Source: an uncultured Armatimonadia bacterium (GTDB taxonomy: Bacteria > Armatimonadota > Zipacnadia > CAVVLO01). Taken from it: a DNA stretch of 64,000 nucleotides. The position numbers were made by a program, and so were the translations under genes. Numbering within the stretch: position 1 is the stretch's first letter; each line of letters opens with the position of its first letter. The DNA is taken from NCBI GenBank assembly GCA_963749155.1, contig CAVVLO010000005.1, positions 256,001 through 320,000 of the forward strand, given 5' to 3'. Below the pieces are notes generated by a model. The model was not told the DNA's origin. It ran no database searches and was given only the letters and a program-made list of their open reading frames with translations. This document shows positions 52,116 through 61,560 of the stretch, piece by piece.

Positions 52116-53740
52116 GCGGATACTAGGAGCAAGCCTTGGCAACTGCGTGCATGTCGCTGGCGTGCTCAGTTTTCTCGAAACCGCCCGTCGCAACGGGTGG
52201 GACGCCGAATTCGCGGGTGCGGCACTGCCACCGGCCGATTTCGTGGCCAAAGCGGTAGAGTTGAAGCCCGACGTCCTCGCGGTCAGTTATCGTCTTTCAC
52301 CTGAGCCCTTGCGCGCGCTGCTTGCCGACCTGAAGCAACAACTCGATCGAGCAGGCCTCCCTGGAAGGCGTCTGGTCTTTGGCGGCACCCCCCAGGTCTC
52401 GGGTGTTGCGCGCGAGTCTGGTCTTTTTGAAGCTGTGTTTGATGGCACAGAGGGGCGCCTGGCTCCTGCCGCCTGGCTGCGCGGCGAGGCCATCGGTGGC
52501 GATGCTCAGCACCTGGGCGATACTTTACTCGAGCGCATCGAGACCAAGCGCCCCTTCCCGATACTGCGTCACCATTTCGGGCAACCAACCTTGCAGGCGA
52601 CGATTGACGGGGCCACCGAGATTGCCGAATCCGGCGTGTTGGATGTCTTCTCAATCGGTCCTGACCAGAATGCCCAGCAGCATTTTTTCCACCCGGACGA
52701 TATGGACCTGTCCCTTGATGGTGCTGGTGGTGTGCCACTACGCACGCCAGAGGATCTTAAGGCTCTTTTTGAGGCTACCAGGTGCGGTAACTACCCCCTG
52801 CTGCGCTGTTATGCGGGCACGCGCGACCTCATCAGGTGGGCAGAGGTCCATGTCGCGACCATCCATAATGCCTGGGGCGCGGTGCCCCTGTGCTGGTACA
52901 ATGTACTCGACGCCCGTAGCGAGCGTCCTCTGGAGGAGGCTATTACCGAGAACCAGCAGGCCATCGCCTGGTACGGCGCGCGCGGTATCCCCCTCGAGTG
53001 CAACGAGTCCCACCACTGGAGTTTACGCTCTGCTCACGACACCATCGCCGTTGTGATGGCTTTTCTGGCCGCTTACAACGCGCGCCAGCTAGGCGTCAGG
53101 CAGTATGTCGCCCAGTATATGTTCAACACCCCCGCTGGTACGAGCTTCAAGATGGACCTGGCGAAGATGCTGGCGAAAATCGAACTCATCGAGAGCCTCC
53201 ATTCCAGCAGTTTTACGACCATCCGGGAGACACGCGCAGGTTTGATGTTCTTCCTGCCCGGCCTCGACCAGGCCAAGGGCCAGCTTGCTGCCTCGACGGT
53301 CTTGCAGCTCCAGGTGAAGCCCTCGATTATGCATGTCGTTGGTTTCTCGGAAGCTGATCACGCTGTGCTGCCGCATGAGCTTGTCGAGAGCTGCCGCCTT
53401 GTACAAGGCGTACTCGAGGACTGCCTCGAAGGCGTGCCTGATATGACCCTCGATCCCGAGGTCCAGGCCCGCAAAGCCGAGCTTCTCTCCGAAGCCGCTC
53501 TGCTGCTTGCTGCGCTAAAGAGTCGCTCTTGTGGTTGCGGCGACTCGTGGACCTGTCCCCGCTGCATCACCAGCGCCATCAAGACCGGCCTTCTCGACGC
53601 GCCGCACTTGTGCGGTAATCCAGCCGCATCCGGTAAACTTGTCACCGCTGTCCTCGATGGCGCCGTCCGCGCTATCGACGAACATACCGGCCGAACCGCT
53701 GACCGAAGCTCAGCGATTGGCGACTTTGGGCGTATTGTAG
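52105..53740 (+). CDS. Cobalamin-binding-domain protein fused to a glutamate-mutase-E-like barrel, frameshift near 53690
   Basis: N-terminal CVHVAG (DxHxxG-like)...SYRL...GG B12 domain; the repaired end is GEPLTEAQRLATLGVL* at 53740. Confidence 0.75.
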
Positions 53741-53744
53741 GACG

Positions 53745-54113
53745 GGAAAGGGTATCGCGGGGGCTCTGCCCCCACGCCCCCGCTGGGGAGAGCCTCCCCA
53801 GACCCGCGAAATCAGCCGTGAAGCTCCCCGCTGCGGGGGAGCCCCACGACTGGGCCCGTTGGGCCAGGAACACTAGCCGCAGCCGGAGTATAGAGCCACA
53901 GCTTCGTGACCTTGTCGTGCCGGCAGGAGTTGAATCAGGAGTATTGCAGGATTTTTGCTCTTAACTCCGGCTCGAGATGGTATTTCCGGGGCCCTTGGGC
54001 CCCCAAAGAGAGAGCGAGGGCCTGAAATTCGGTCCTCGCTTTCTCTTTGAGTTCGGGGGTCTGGGGACACTGTCCCCAGCGGGGTGCAGGGGCGGAGTCC
54101 CTGCGGTCTTTCC
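53745..54113 (+). repeat. Modular palindromic repeat, copy R3 (direct repeat of R4 over about 330 bp)
   Basis: 53778-54110 matches 55782-56112 with roughly a dozen differences counted by eye. Confidence 0.92.
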
Positions 54114-54181
54114 TCTCCTCGCAAGGAATCAAGCAGCGAGGAGCGAACTGTAGAGGCATCCGATTGGGGGAGGCCTATCCG

Positions 54182-55753
54182 ATGTGGTACGAAGTTGATA
54201 TGACGCAGCGACTGGAGCTTGCGACGCAGTATGTCGCGGGGATGCTGGACGCAGATAAAGAGAGCGAGCCCTTCTTCCATATTACGAGGCGCGATGATGG
54301 GACTTGCTTTGCGGGCCACGCTCACGAGATAGGCATCCCGCACGTGACCGGACGCGCGCTGGACACGCTATTCATCACGGAAGAGACACTGGGACGACCT
54401 GCCCCCGAGCCTGCGACCACTGTCTATGCAGACTATCTCTTCGGTTGCCTCGACAACGAGGACAGCTTGCCCTCCTTCTATAATCTACCTCCAGCGGAGT
54501 TCAAGCGCGGAGTGGAGTTCCACAACGTGCGCGAGGCACTGGAAGGGCTTTACTGGCTGATAAAGCTGCGCGACAGCGATGAAGCCCGCAAGTATGCGCA
54601 TGGTATGCTCGCTACGCTCGACAAGCTGAGCCTGCCTGGCGGACGGTATGCCTGGGAGCGTATCGCAGAACTGGGCCGGCAGGGTGTCTGGGTTGGCATC
54701 GGCGAAGTGCAGACAGTGAGTTCTGGCCGGGTGGTAGGCCCGCTGATGAAATACTACCGGCTGACTGGCGAGAGCCTCGCACTGAGGCTGGCAGGCGGCT
54801 ATGCGAAATACGTGATGGACGTCTCTTTCGATGAGCACGGCCTGCTGACCGACCTGGCGGGCAACCACGTTCACTCGATAACCAGTTCGCTCTCGGGCAT
54901 CCTCGATTATGCGCTCACAGTTGGCGATGAGGCGATGGTCGAGGCCGTCCGGCGCGCTGCCGAAGTCGGACTGCGCGAATACTGGACGACCTACGGTTGG
55001 GTGAAGGAGCAAGCCTGGCTCGAGACCGACCAGGGCGAAGTGAATCAGATAGGCGATATGGTGCAGCTCTGGCTGGCGCTGGCTGCCCATCGCGACCCCA
55101 CTTACTACGAGCGCGCCGAGATCTGGCTGCGCGGGGCGCTATTGCCCAGTCAGGTGCTCGATTCGAGCTTCTGCGTGGAGAACGAGAGCCCCGCCGGCGA
55201 TCACGAATACAACCTGCTGGCGCGGATGATCGGTGGGTTCGGCTTCCCCACGCCCAATGCCCATCTGCAGAAGCCCTCCTCGCCCATAAATACTGTGGAT
55301 ATCACCCAGGGGGCGGTGCAGGGCTTGTGCGAAGCCATCAACCATACCATCACCGAGGACAGCCTGGGTGTGCGAGTCAATCTGCTCTTCTCCTGGGAGA
55401 ACGCCCTGGCGAAGGTCGAGAGCGCGTTGCCGCTGGAAGGGAAGCTCTCCATCACTGTGAAGCAACCACGCAACCTGCTGGTGCGCATACCCACCCATAT
55501 CGAATCAGGAAGCCTCTCAATAACCAAATCAGGTCAGCCGGTGAGCTTCGAACAGGTTGGGATTTATGCCCTCGTCGAAAACCACGAGCCGAACACGACC
55601 TTTGAGGTCACCTTCCAGCCCACCGTGCGCCAGGAACGAGAATTTGCTTATCACTTCATCTACTATGTGAGCTGGTTCGGCGAACAGGTTACCGGCATCG
55701 AGCCCGTAAAAGGCCTCTATCCTTTGTATGGCGACTGGCCAGGGCCTCGGTAG
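54182..55753 (+). CDS. GH127/GH146-like (alpha/alpha)6 protein
   Basis: HVTGRALD, HVHS and RVNLLFS...LP.EG...VRIP layout; GGGAGG RBS. Confidence 0.55.
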   Translation: MWYEVDMTQRLELATQYVAGMLDADKESEPFFHITRRDDGTCFAGHAHEIGIPHVTGRALDTLFITEETLGRPAPEPATTVYADYLFGCLDNEDSLPSFYNLPPAEFKRGVEFHNVREALEGLYWLIKLRDSDEARKYAHGMLATLDKLSLPGGRYAWERIAELGRQGVWVGIGEVQTVSSGRVVGPLMKYYRLTGESLALRLAGGYAKYVMDVSFDEHGLLTDLAGNHVHSITSSLSGILDYALTVGDEAMVEAVRRAAEVGLREYWTTYGWVKEQAWLETDQGEVNQIGDMVQLWLALAAHRDPTYYERAEIWLRGALLPSQVLDSSFCVENESPAGDHEYNLLARMIGGFGFPTPNAHLQKPSSPINTVDITQGAVQGLCEAINHTITEDSLGVRVNLLFSWENALAKVESALPLEGKLSITVKQPRNLLVRIPTHIESGSLSITKSGQPVSFEQVGIYALVENHEPNTTFEVTFQPTVRQEREFAYHFIYYVSWFGEQVTGIEPVKGLYPLYGDWPGPR

Positions 55754-55754
55754 C

Positions 55755-56114
55755 GGAAAAGCGCGGGGTTCCACCCCTGCACCCCGCTGGGGAGAGCCTC
55801 CCCAGACCCGCGAAATCAGCCGTGAAGCTCCCCGCTGGGGGGAGCCCCACGACTGGGCCCGTTGGGCCAGGAAGACTGTGCCGCAGCCGGAGTATAGAGG
55901 TACAGCCTCGTGACCTTGTCGTGCCGGCAGGAGTTGGATAGGAGTATTGCAGGATTTTTGCTCTTAACTCCGGCTCGAGATGGTATTTCCGGGGCCCTTG
56001 GGCCCCCAAAGAGAGAGCGAGGGCCTGAAATTCGGTCCTCGCTTTCTCTTTGAGTCCGGGGGTCTGGGGACACTGTCCCCAGCGGGGTGCAGGGGCGGAG
56101 CCCTGCGGTCTTCC
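55755..56114. mobile_element. MITE/REPIN-like non-autonomous element, copy R4, with about 55-bp imperfect terminal inverted repeats
   Basis: Left end GGAAAAGCGCGGGGTTCCACCCCTGCACCCCGCTGGGGAGAGCCTCCCCAGACCC versus reverse complement of the right end GGAAGACCGCAGGGCTCCGCCCCTGCACCCCGCTGGGGACAGTGTCCCCAGACCC. Confidence 0.6.
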
Positions 56115-58312
56115 TACTCCGCTCCCGTCAGCACCGCCAGGTCCAGGAACTGGCCGCCGGTGTCCTGCCAGCAGTGGGCGGCGAGAGTATTAGGTCCCTC
56201 TACAAGTGCGTCTTTCAAGGTTTCAGTGATATCGAAGGCCTGATAGCGGTCATTCCAGCGGTCAGCCTGCCAGATGAGCTGGCCATTGACATAGACTTCG
56301 GTATCGTTGTCATAGTGGATACCGAGCAAGGCGAGGTCGAAGTCACTGCCGTCCCAGTTGAAGTTGCGCCTGACCCAGAGGTCTTTGGTGGTCCAGGGGG
56401 TGTTGATGCGCTTCTCCCAACCCTCTTTGGCGCCGAAAGGAGCCTGGCCGGTTTGCCAGGTAGAATCGTCATAATCGGCTACTTGCCAGTTGCTGTTTGG
56501 GGTTTCCAAAGTGTAAAGCCACTCGGCGCCGCTCTCGTTGGCGCTGGGCGAGAGGACCTTCCAGGTGACTTTAGGCGCGTTGACCTCGGTGGGCGGGGTC
56601 TGCTCGAAGGCGGCTGGTTTGCTGAGCAGGGCGTGGACACGAGGCACATCGAACTTGGGCTGCCGGTCATAGGTATACATCCCATTACGTTCCTGCTCCA
56701 CGTCGGTAAGCTGAGTGTAACAGAAACCAAACATCAGCGCATTGTCGAGCAGGGCATCGGTCAAGCCTTCAAGGCGGGTATAAAACTCTTCCAGGCTCTT
56801 GGGCGCGTTGCCATAACCCCAACCGGCGGCGCCGGTGTCCCAGCCAATGCCGCCCCATTCGCTGACGAAGAAGGGCAGCAGGCCACTGGCTGCGCCATAG
56901 GGGGCGGGCGCAAGCATCCCAACTTCATAGTCCTCAAGCCAGCGCTTGCGGAAGCTCTCCGGATTTTGGTCATAGTCGTGCTGGTCCATAACTTCCGGAT
57001 CAGCCAGGCCGTGAGTCCAGCCGCTGGTGTCGAGGACAGGCCGGCTGGGATCGAGCTTGCGCGTCAAGTCTACGACGGCGTTCTGCAGCCTGATGGCGCT
57101 TGAGGGCGTCTCATTGAAAGGGCACCAGCCGACAAGTGCTGGATGGTTGCGGTCGCGCTGGACGAGTTCTGCCCACTCGCTCATCACGGGCTGGTCGATG
57201 GCGGGATTTTCATAATTAAGGCCCCAGTTGGGGAATTCGCCCCATACCATATATCCAAGTTTATCGGCCCAGTAGAGGAAACGCGGCTCGAAGACCTTCT
57301 GGTGCAGTCTGGCTCCATTGAAGCCAACTGCCATCGAGCGCTCGATATCGGCCTTCAGTTCGGCATCACTCGAGGCGGTCCAGATCCCATCGGGGTAGAA
57401 GCCCTGGTCCAGCACCAGCCGCTGGAAGACGGGCTCATCGTTCAGCAGGATGGCCGCGCCTTTGATGCTGATTTTACGCAGCCCGAAGTAGCTTGCTACC
57501 CTGTCTACAACTCTGTCGCCCTCCATCACGGCAAGCTCAAGGTCGTAGAGGAAGGGATCACTCGGCGACCAGAGGTGCTTCTCGGACAAGTCTACGACCA
57601 GATGGTTGTTGCGCCAGTCCAGCGCGATGGCTTCCCGCCCTGCCAGCTTGCCATCAGCCTTGGCAACCGCCAGCAACGTAAGGCCCGAACAGGGCCCTTC
57701 GACTTGCGCGTTCACGAGCAATCTGGAGTTGTCCACATCGGAGATTATCTGAAACCCTTTTATATAGGTGTCCCCAACGCCTTCGAGCCAGACGCTTTGC
57801 CAGAGGCCCGTCGTGCGCGTATACAGGCAACCGAAGCTCTCCAGCTCTGGGCATTGCTTGCCAAGCGCCTGCAGGCCGCTGCGGGTGTCGTCAAAGGCGT
57901 GGATTACGACCGTGTTTTGACCTTCCGCCAGGGCAGAGGTGACATCAAAAGCGAAAGCTGCGCTGCCACCGATATGCTCTCCGACCCGCCGCCCGTTCAC
58001 CCAGACTTCAGTCTTCCAGTCTGAGGCGCCGATATGCAGCAAGGTCCGCGGCGCAGTCCAGTCTGCGGGGCGCTCGAAGGTACGCCTGTACCAGACGTGG
58101 TTTACAAAGCCTTTGCGCCCAAGCCCTGATAGCTCGCTCTCGCGGCAGAAGGGCACGGTTATCTCGTCGGGATACACCGCGTCCGAAAGCCTCAGCCGAG
58201 GTTCATACTCATCACTTTCGGCGAACTGCCACTGGCCATTCAGGCACAGCCAGTCGACGCGCTCGAAATCGGGCCTTGGATGCTCGCTTCTGGGAAGGGC
58301 TGACTGGTTCAT
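56114..58312 (-). CDS. GH2 glycoside hydrolase (beta-galactosidase/glucuronidase-like) with C-terminal beta-sandwich
   Basis: HPRPDF.R..W..LNG.W, LDQGFYPDG, RNHP...W.PFNE, SEWGG and YTQLTDVEQE motifs. Confidence 0.9.
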   Translation of the reverse strand: MNQSALPRSEHPRPDFERVDWLCLNGQWQFAESDEYEPRLRLSDAVYPDEITVPFCRESELSGLGRKGFVNHVWYRRTFERPADWTAPRTLLHIGASDWKTEVWVNGRRVGEHIGGSAAFAFDVTSALAEGQNTVVIHAFDDTRSGLQALGKQCPELESFGCLYTRTTGLWQSVWLEGVGDTYIKGFQIISDVDNSRLLVNAQVEGPCSGLTLLAVAKADGKLAGREAIALDWRNNHLVVDLSEKHLWSPSDPFLYDLELAVMEGDRVVDRVASYFGLRKISIKGAAILLNDEPVFQRLVLDQGFYPDGIWTASSDAELKADIERSMAVGFNGARLHQKVFEPRFLYWADKLGYMVWGEFPNWGLNYENPAIDQPVMSEWAELVQRDRNHPALVGWCPFNETPSSAIRLQNAVVDLTRKLDPSRPVLDTSGWTHGLADPEVMDQHDYDQNPESFRKRWLEDYEVGMLAPAPYGAASGLLPFFVSEWGGIGWDTGAAGWGYGNAPKSLEEFYTRLEGLTDALLDNALMFGFCYTQLTDVEQERNGMYTYDRQPKFDVPRVHALLSKPAAFEQTPPTEVNAPKVTWKVLSPSANESGAEWLYTLETPNSNWQVADYDDSTWQTGQAPFGAKEGWEKRINTPWTTKDLWVRRNFNWDGSDFDLALLGIHYDNDTEVYVNGQLIWQADRWNDRYQAFDITETLKDALVEGPNTLAAHCWQDTGGQFLDLAVLTGAE

Positions 58313-58407
58313 CTTTTGCACCTCGAAGTCAGAATCATCGCTCGCGCCTCCTCCTGCCTGAATAAGCAAGAGGGTGCAGCAGCTAATTATTACGAGTAAA
58401 AACGACT

Positions 58408-58899
58408 TCAAACTTTGAATCCTTTGAACAGGATGTTGGCGATAATACCTGCAATCGGCGGGAAAAAGAAAGTGCAGGTCAGCCTGATTAGCCACAGCCG
58501 CCAGCCCAGGATGCCTATCTCTACTGGCGCCCTGGCAAAGGCCCAAAGCGACCACGACGTCAGGAAAGCCACAAAGGCTCCGATGCTGGCGCCCGAGTTC
58601 ACCAGCCCGAGCGCAATAGGCAGATTTACGTAAGGCCCGCCAGGAGCGAAGGCTCCCGCTCCGGTTGCTATCAACAGCCCCTTCAGACCAGAGCCCTCGC
58701 CGACCCATTGGGCTACCTGCTCTTTTGGAACCAGGACTTGCATCATCCCGGCTACTACAAAAGCGAAAACAAGCAGCGGCAGGATTGACAGCAGCAAGTT
58801 CAGGCCAGTCTCAAACCCTTGCTGATGCAGGCCTTTTCTGTAAGCAAGCGTGGTCAGAACTAGGGCAAGCGTTGCCAGGACGATAGTTGGAACGAGCAT
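58408..58899 (-). CDS. Small permease (DUF318/ArsP-like)
   Basis: Hydrophobic; PGGPY..LP and FLTSW motifs; GGGAGG RBS. Confidence 0.75.
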   Translation of the reverse strand: MLVPTIVLATLALVLTTLAYRKGLHQQGFETGLNLLLSILPLLVFAFVVAGMMQVLVPKEQVAQWVGEGSGLKGLLIATGAGAFAPGGPYVNLPIALGLVNSGASIGAFVAFLTSWSLWAFARAPVEIGILGWRLWLIRLTCTFFFPPIAGIIANILFKGFKV

Positions 58900-59053
58900 C
58901 TGACGATTCCTCCCTGATTGCTGGGCCATCTGTACCCTCCTGCCTGGATCATCTTTCTATATGCTAGAAGGGTATCAGGTCAGGCAACCTGGGGGGAAGG
59001 CTCGGTTTACTTTGCCGGCTCCTTTCGTGGCCTGTCTTTCAGCGCTTGTGCGG

Positions 59054-59083
59054 TTGACAGCGCCTTGAACTATTCGCTATAGT
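59054..59083 (+). promoter_or_regulatory. Sigma70 promoter for prs
   Basis: TTGACA-18-TATAGT. Confidence 0.7.
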
Positions 59084-59190
59084 CATGCCGTCCTACCATG
59101 TGCTAGAATCCGTTGCTCTCAGGCAGGCTGGTTGCGTTGCGTAGGCGCAACCAGTTTTGGTGCGAGAGGGAGTTTCGGGAGCGAACCCTT

Positions 59191-60156
59191 ATGGCAACCA
59201 GGCTGATGAAGATATTCGCAGGCAACGCCAACCCCGAGCTGGGGCGGCTTGTGGCTGAGTATCTCCATACGCAGCTCGGACAAATCCGGATAGGCGCTTT
59301 CAGCGATGGAGAGACCCGCCTCCAGGTACAGGAAAGTGTGCGAGGCTGTGACGTGTTCTTCATCCAGCCGACCTCGACGCCTGCCAACGAGCATCTGATG
59401 CAACTGCTCATCGCTCTGGACGCGCTCAAGCGCGCCTCCGCGGCGAGGGTTACCGCGGTGCTGCCTTATTTTGGATATGCCAGGCAGGATCAGAAAGACA
59501 ATCCGCGTTCTCCTATTAGCGCCAAGCTTGTCGCCAACCTGATTCAGTCTGCAGGGGCTGACCGGGTCGTCTCTTTTGATATGCATGTCGGGCAAATCCA
59601 GGGCTTTTTCGACATCCCGGTCGATCATCTGCCAGCCGGCCCGGTGCTGGCCAGGCACCTGCGCGCTTCGGGGCTGCACGGCGATGAGATAGTCGTTGTC
59701 TCGCCTGATGTGGGCGGCGTAGCCAGGGCCAAGAAATTCGCTGACCGACTGGACGCGAATCTTGTTATAATTGCCAAGCGTCGGCCTGAACCCAATCAGG
59801 TCCATATTATGGATGTTATCGGCGACGTCGAGGGGAAAGTCTGCGTTATGGTAGACGACCTTATCGACACCGCGGGCACTATCTGCGAGGGCGCTGGCGA
59901 GCTGATGAAGCGAGGCGCCAGGTCCGTCTGGGCCTGTGCTACGCATGCCGTGCTGTCGGGTCCGGCTATCGAGCGTATCCAGGAATCCACTCTGGAGAAA
60001 CTCGTGGTTACGAATACAATACCGATTCCTGAAGAAAAGTGCTGTCCCAAGATTGAGGTGCTGAGTATCGCTCAGAGCCTCGGTGATGCAATAGAGAGAA
60101 TCCATGAGGACCTGTCCGTTTCGGCCCTCTACGAACGGTACTGGTCCTTCGACTAG
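59191..60156 (+). CDS. prs: Ribose-phosphate pyrophosphokinase
   Basis: FSDGE, PYFGYARQD, QIQGFF, VSPDVGG and DDLIDTAGT motifs. Confidence 0.97.
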   Translation: MATRLMKIFAGNANPELGRLVAEYLHTQLGQIRIGAFSDGETRLQVQESVRGCDVFFIQPTSTPANEHLMQLLIALDALKRASAARVTAVLPYFGYARQDQKDNPRSPISAKLVANLIQSAGADRVVSFDMHVGQIQGFFDIPVDHLPAGPVLARHLRASGLHGDEIVVVSPDVGGVARAKKFADRLDANLVIIAKRRPEPNQVHIMDVIGDVEGKVCVMVDDLIDTAGTICEGAGELMKRGARSVWACATHAVLSGPAIERIQESTLEKLVVTNTIPIPEEKCCPKIEVLSIAQSLGDAIERIHEDLSVSALYERYWSFD

Positions 60157-60175
60157 ACTGGCAGGAGAGATAAAC

Positions 60176-60853
60176 ATGGCAGACCGTATGAACCTCGAAC
60201 TCAAGCGCAGGGACGCCAGCGGTAAAGAAGCCGCAGGCCGCGCTCGCAAGGCAGGCTATGTACCCGGAGTCGTTTACGGCCCCAGTATTGGGAGTGTCGC
60301 AATCCAGGTCGATATGACCACAGTGAAGGAGATCCTCCTTCATCATGGCCGGAACGAGCTTATGCGCGATGTCTTCTCGGTGACAATCGAAGGCGAGAAG
60401 AAGCCGCGGCTTGCTCTGATGAAAGAACTCGAAAGCGAGCCTCTCACCCGGGAGCTGCTCAATATCGACTTCCAGATAGTAGAAGCCGGTCAGACAGTCC
60501 AGGTTGATGTACCAGTTCATATCGAAGGCGTATGCAAAGCAATCGCTCTTGAAGGCGCGGTTGTGGATCAGATCCTTTACAGCCTGCCGATCAGCGCTCC
60601 ACTCGACAAGATCCCGGAAGCAGTCCTTGTCGATGTGACCGAACTGACCATTGGCACGACGATTACGGTGGCCGACTTGCAACTCGAAGAAGGCGTCGAG
60701 GCGACAATCGCAAAGGACGCTCCCCTCCTTTCCGTCGCTGCTCCCAGACTCGAGATCATTGAGCCGGAAGCCGAGGAAGTCGAAGGCGAAGGCGAGGGCG
60801 TCGAAGGTGCCAAGGGCGCCGAGGGCGAAGAAGCCTCCGAGGAAGCCGAGTAG
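60176..60853 (+). CDS. rplY: 50S ribosomal protein L25 (Ctc type)
   Basis: R..GYVPGVVYG and IDF motifs, acidic tail; prs-rplY-pth synteny. Confidence 0.93.
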   Translation: MADRMNLELKRRDASGKEAAGRARKAGYVPGVVYGPSIGSVAIQVDMTTVKEILLHHGRNELMRDVFSVTIEGEKKPRLALMKELESEPLTRELLNIDFQIVEAGQTVQVDVPVHIEGVCKAIALEGAVVDQILYSLPISAPLDKIPEAVLVDVTELTIGTTITVADLQLEEGVEATIAKDAPLLSVAAPRLEIIEPEAEEVEGEGEGVEGAKGAEGEEASEEAE

Positions 60854-60864
60854 CTCTCGGCCTG

Positions 60865-61503
60865 GTGCGCTGGATGTTCTGGAGAAAGCCTGGTAACGCC
60901 GCCTCGCCAGAGGCGCTAATAGTGGGACTGGGCAATCCTGAACCCCAGTATCCCGGCACTCGCCATAATGTTGGCTTTTTCGTTGTCAACCTGCTGGCAG
61001 AGCGCTGGGGCATCAAAGTGAAAAAACTTGCCTATTTGTCCCTGTATGGGGCGGGGAAGGCTGAAGGTAAACAGGTCGGGTTGCTCAAACCGCAGACCTA
61101 TATGAACGACAGTGGCAAGGCCGTAGTCAGCGCGCTTAAAGGGCTTGGACTTGAGCCCAGCCAGGGGCTCCTTATCTATGATGATCTTGACCTGCCACTG
61201 GGCACGCTCAGGCTCAGGCCTGGCGGCTCCTCAGGGGGCCACAGAGGGCTCGAGTCGGTTATAAAGCAACTCGGCAGCCGTGAAGTGCCTCGTCTCCGGC
61301 TAGGCATCGGCGCGCCACCGGAAGGCTCTGACGCAGTTAAATGGGTGTTGGGCAGGTTTTCAAAGCAGGAAATCGAACTGCTGGAACCAACCTTGGCTCA
61401 AGCCACTGAAGCGGTCATATCGGTGCTGAGAGAGGGCTTTGAGACCGCAATGAACAGGTTCAACAGCCGCGGTATGGGAAGTGCGGTTGACAGTCAGGCT
61501 TGA
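60865..61503 (+). CDS. pth: Peptidyl-tRNA hydrolase
   Basis: VGLGNP, TRHNVG, KPQTYMNDSG, DDLDLP and GGHRG motifs. Confidence 0.96.
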   Translation: MRWMFWRKPGNAASPEALIVGLGNPEPQYPGTRHNVGFFVVNLLAERWGIKVKKLAYLSLYGAGKAEGKQVGLLKPQTYMNDSGKAVVSALKGLGLEPSQGLLIYDDLDLPLGTLRLRPGGSSGGHRGLESVIKQLGSREVPRLRLGIGAPPEGSDAVKWVLGRFSKQEIELLEPTLAQATEAVISVLREGFETAMNRFNSRGMGSAVDSQA

Positions 61504-61516
61504 GTCACTGTATAGT
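61487..61516 (+). promoter_or_regulatory. Sigma70 promoter for rpsE, overlapping the end of pth
   Basis: TTGACA-18-TATAGT. Confidence 0.7.
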
Positions 61517-61560
61517 TCGCACTGTTTCGTGGTTTGTTATGCGCTAGGAGGAACCCTTGG

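Noticed and set aside
53690..53964. C-terminal extension of the B12 protein to 639 aa
   Set aside because: Read-through into repeat R3 caused by a frameshift; the plausible stop is TAG at 53740
44877..56114. Classical integron attC sites
   Set aside because: The repeats lack RYYYAAC/GTTRRRY ends, are longer than typical attC sites, and no intI is present
58313..58708. N-terminal extension of the GH2 ORF, and similar extensions on znuC, nadC, prs and the ORFs starting at 45042, 54047 and 11919
   Set aside because: They overlap neighbouring genes, repeats or leaders; downstream starts fit the RBS and the family N-termini better
59084..59190. tRNA-Gln, often found upstream of prs
   Set aside because: No cloverleaf or T-arm GTTCGA motif is present
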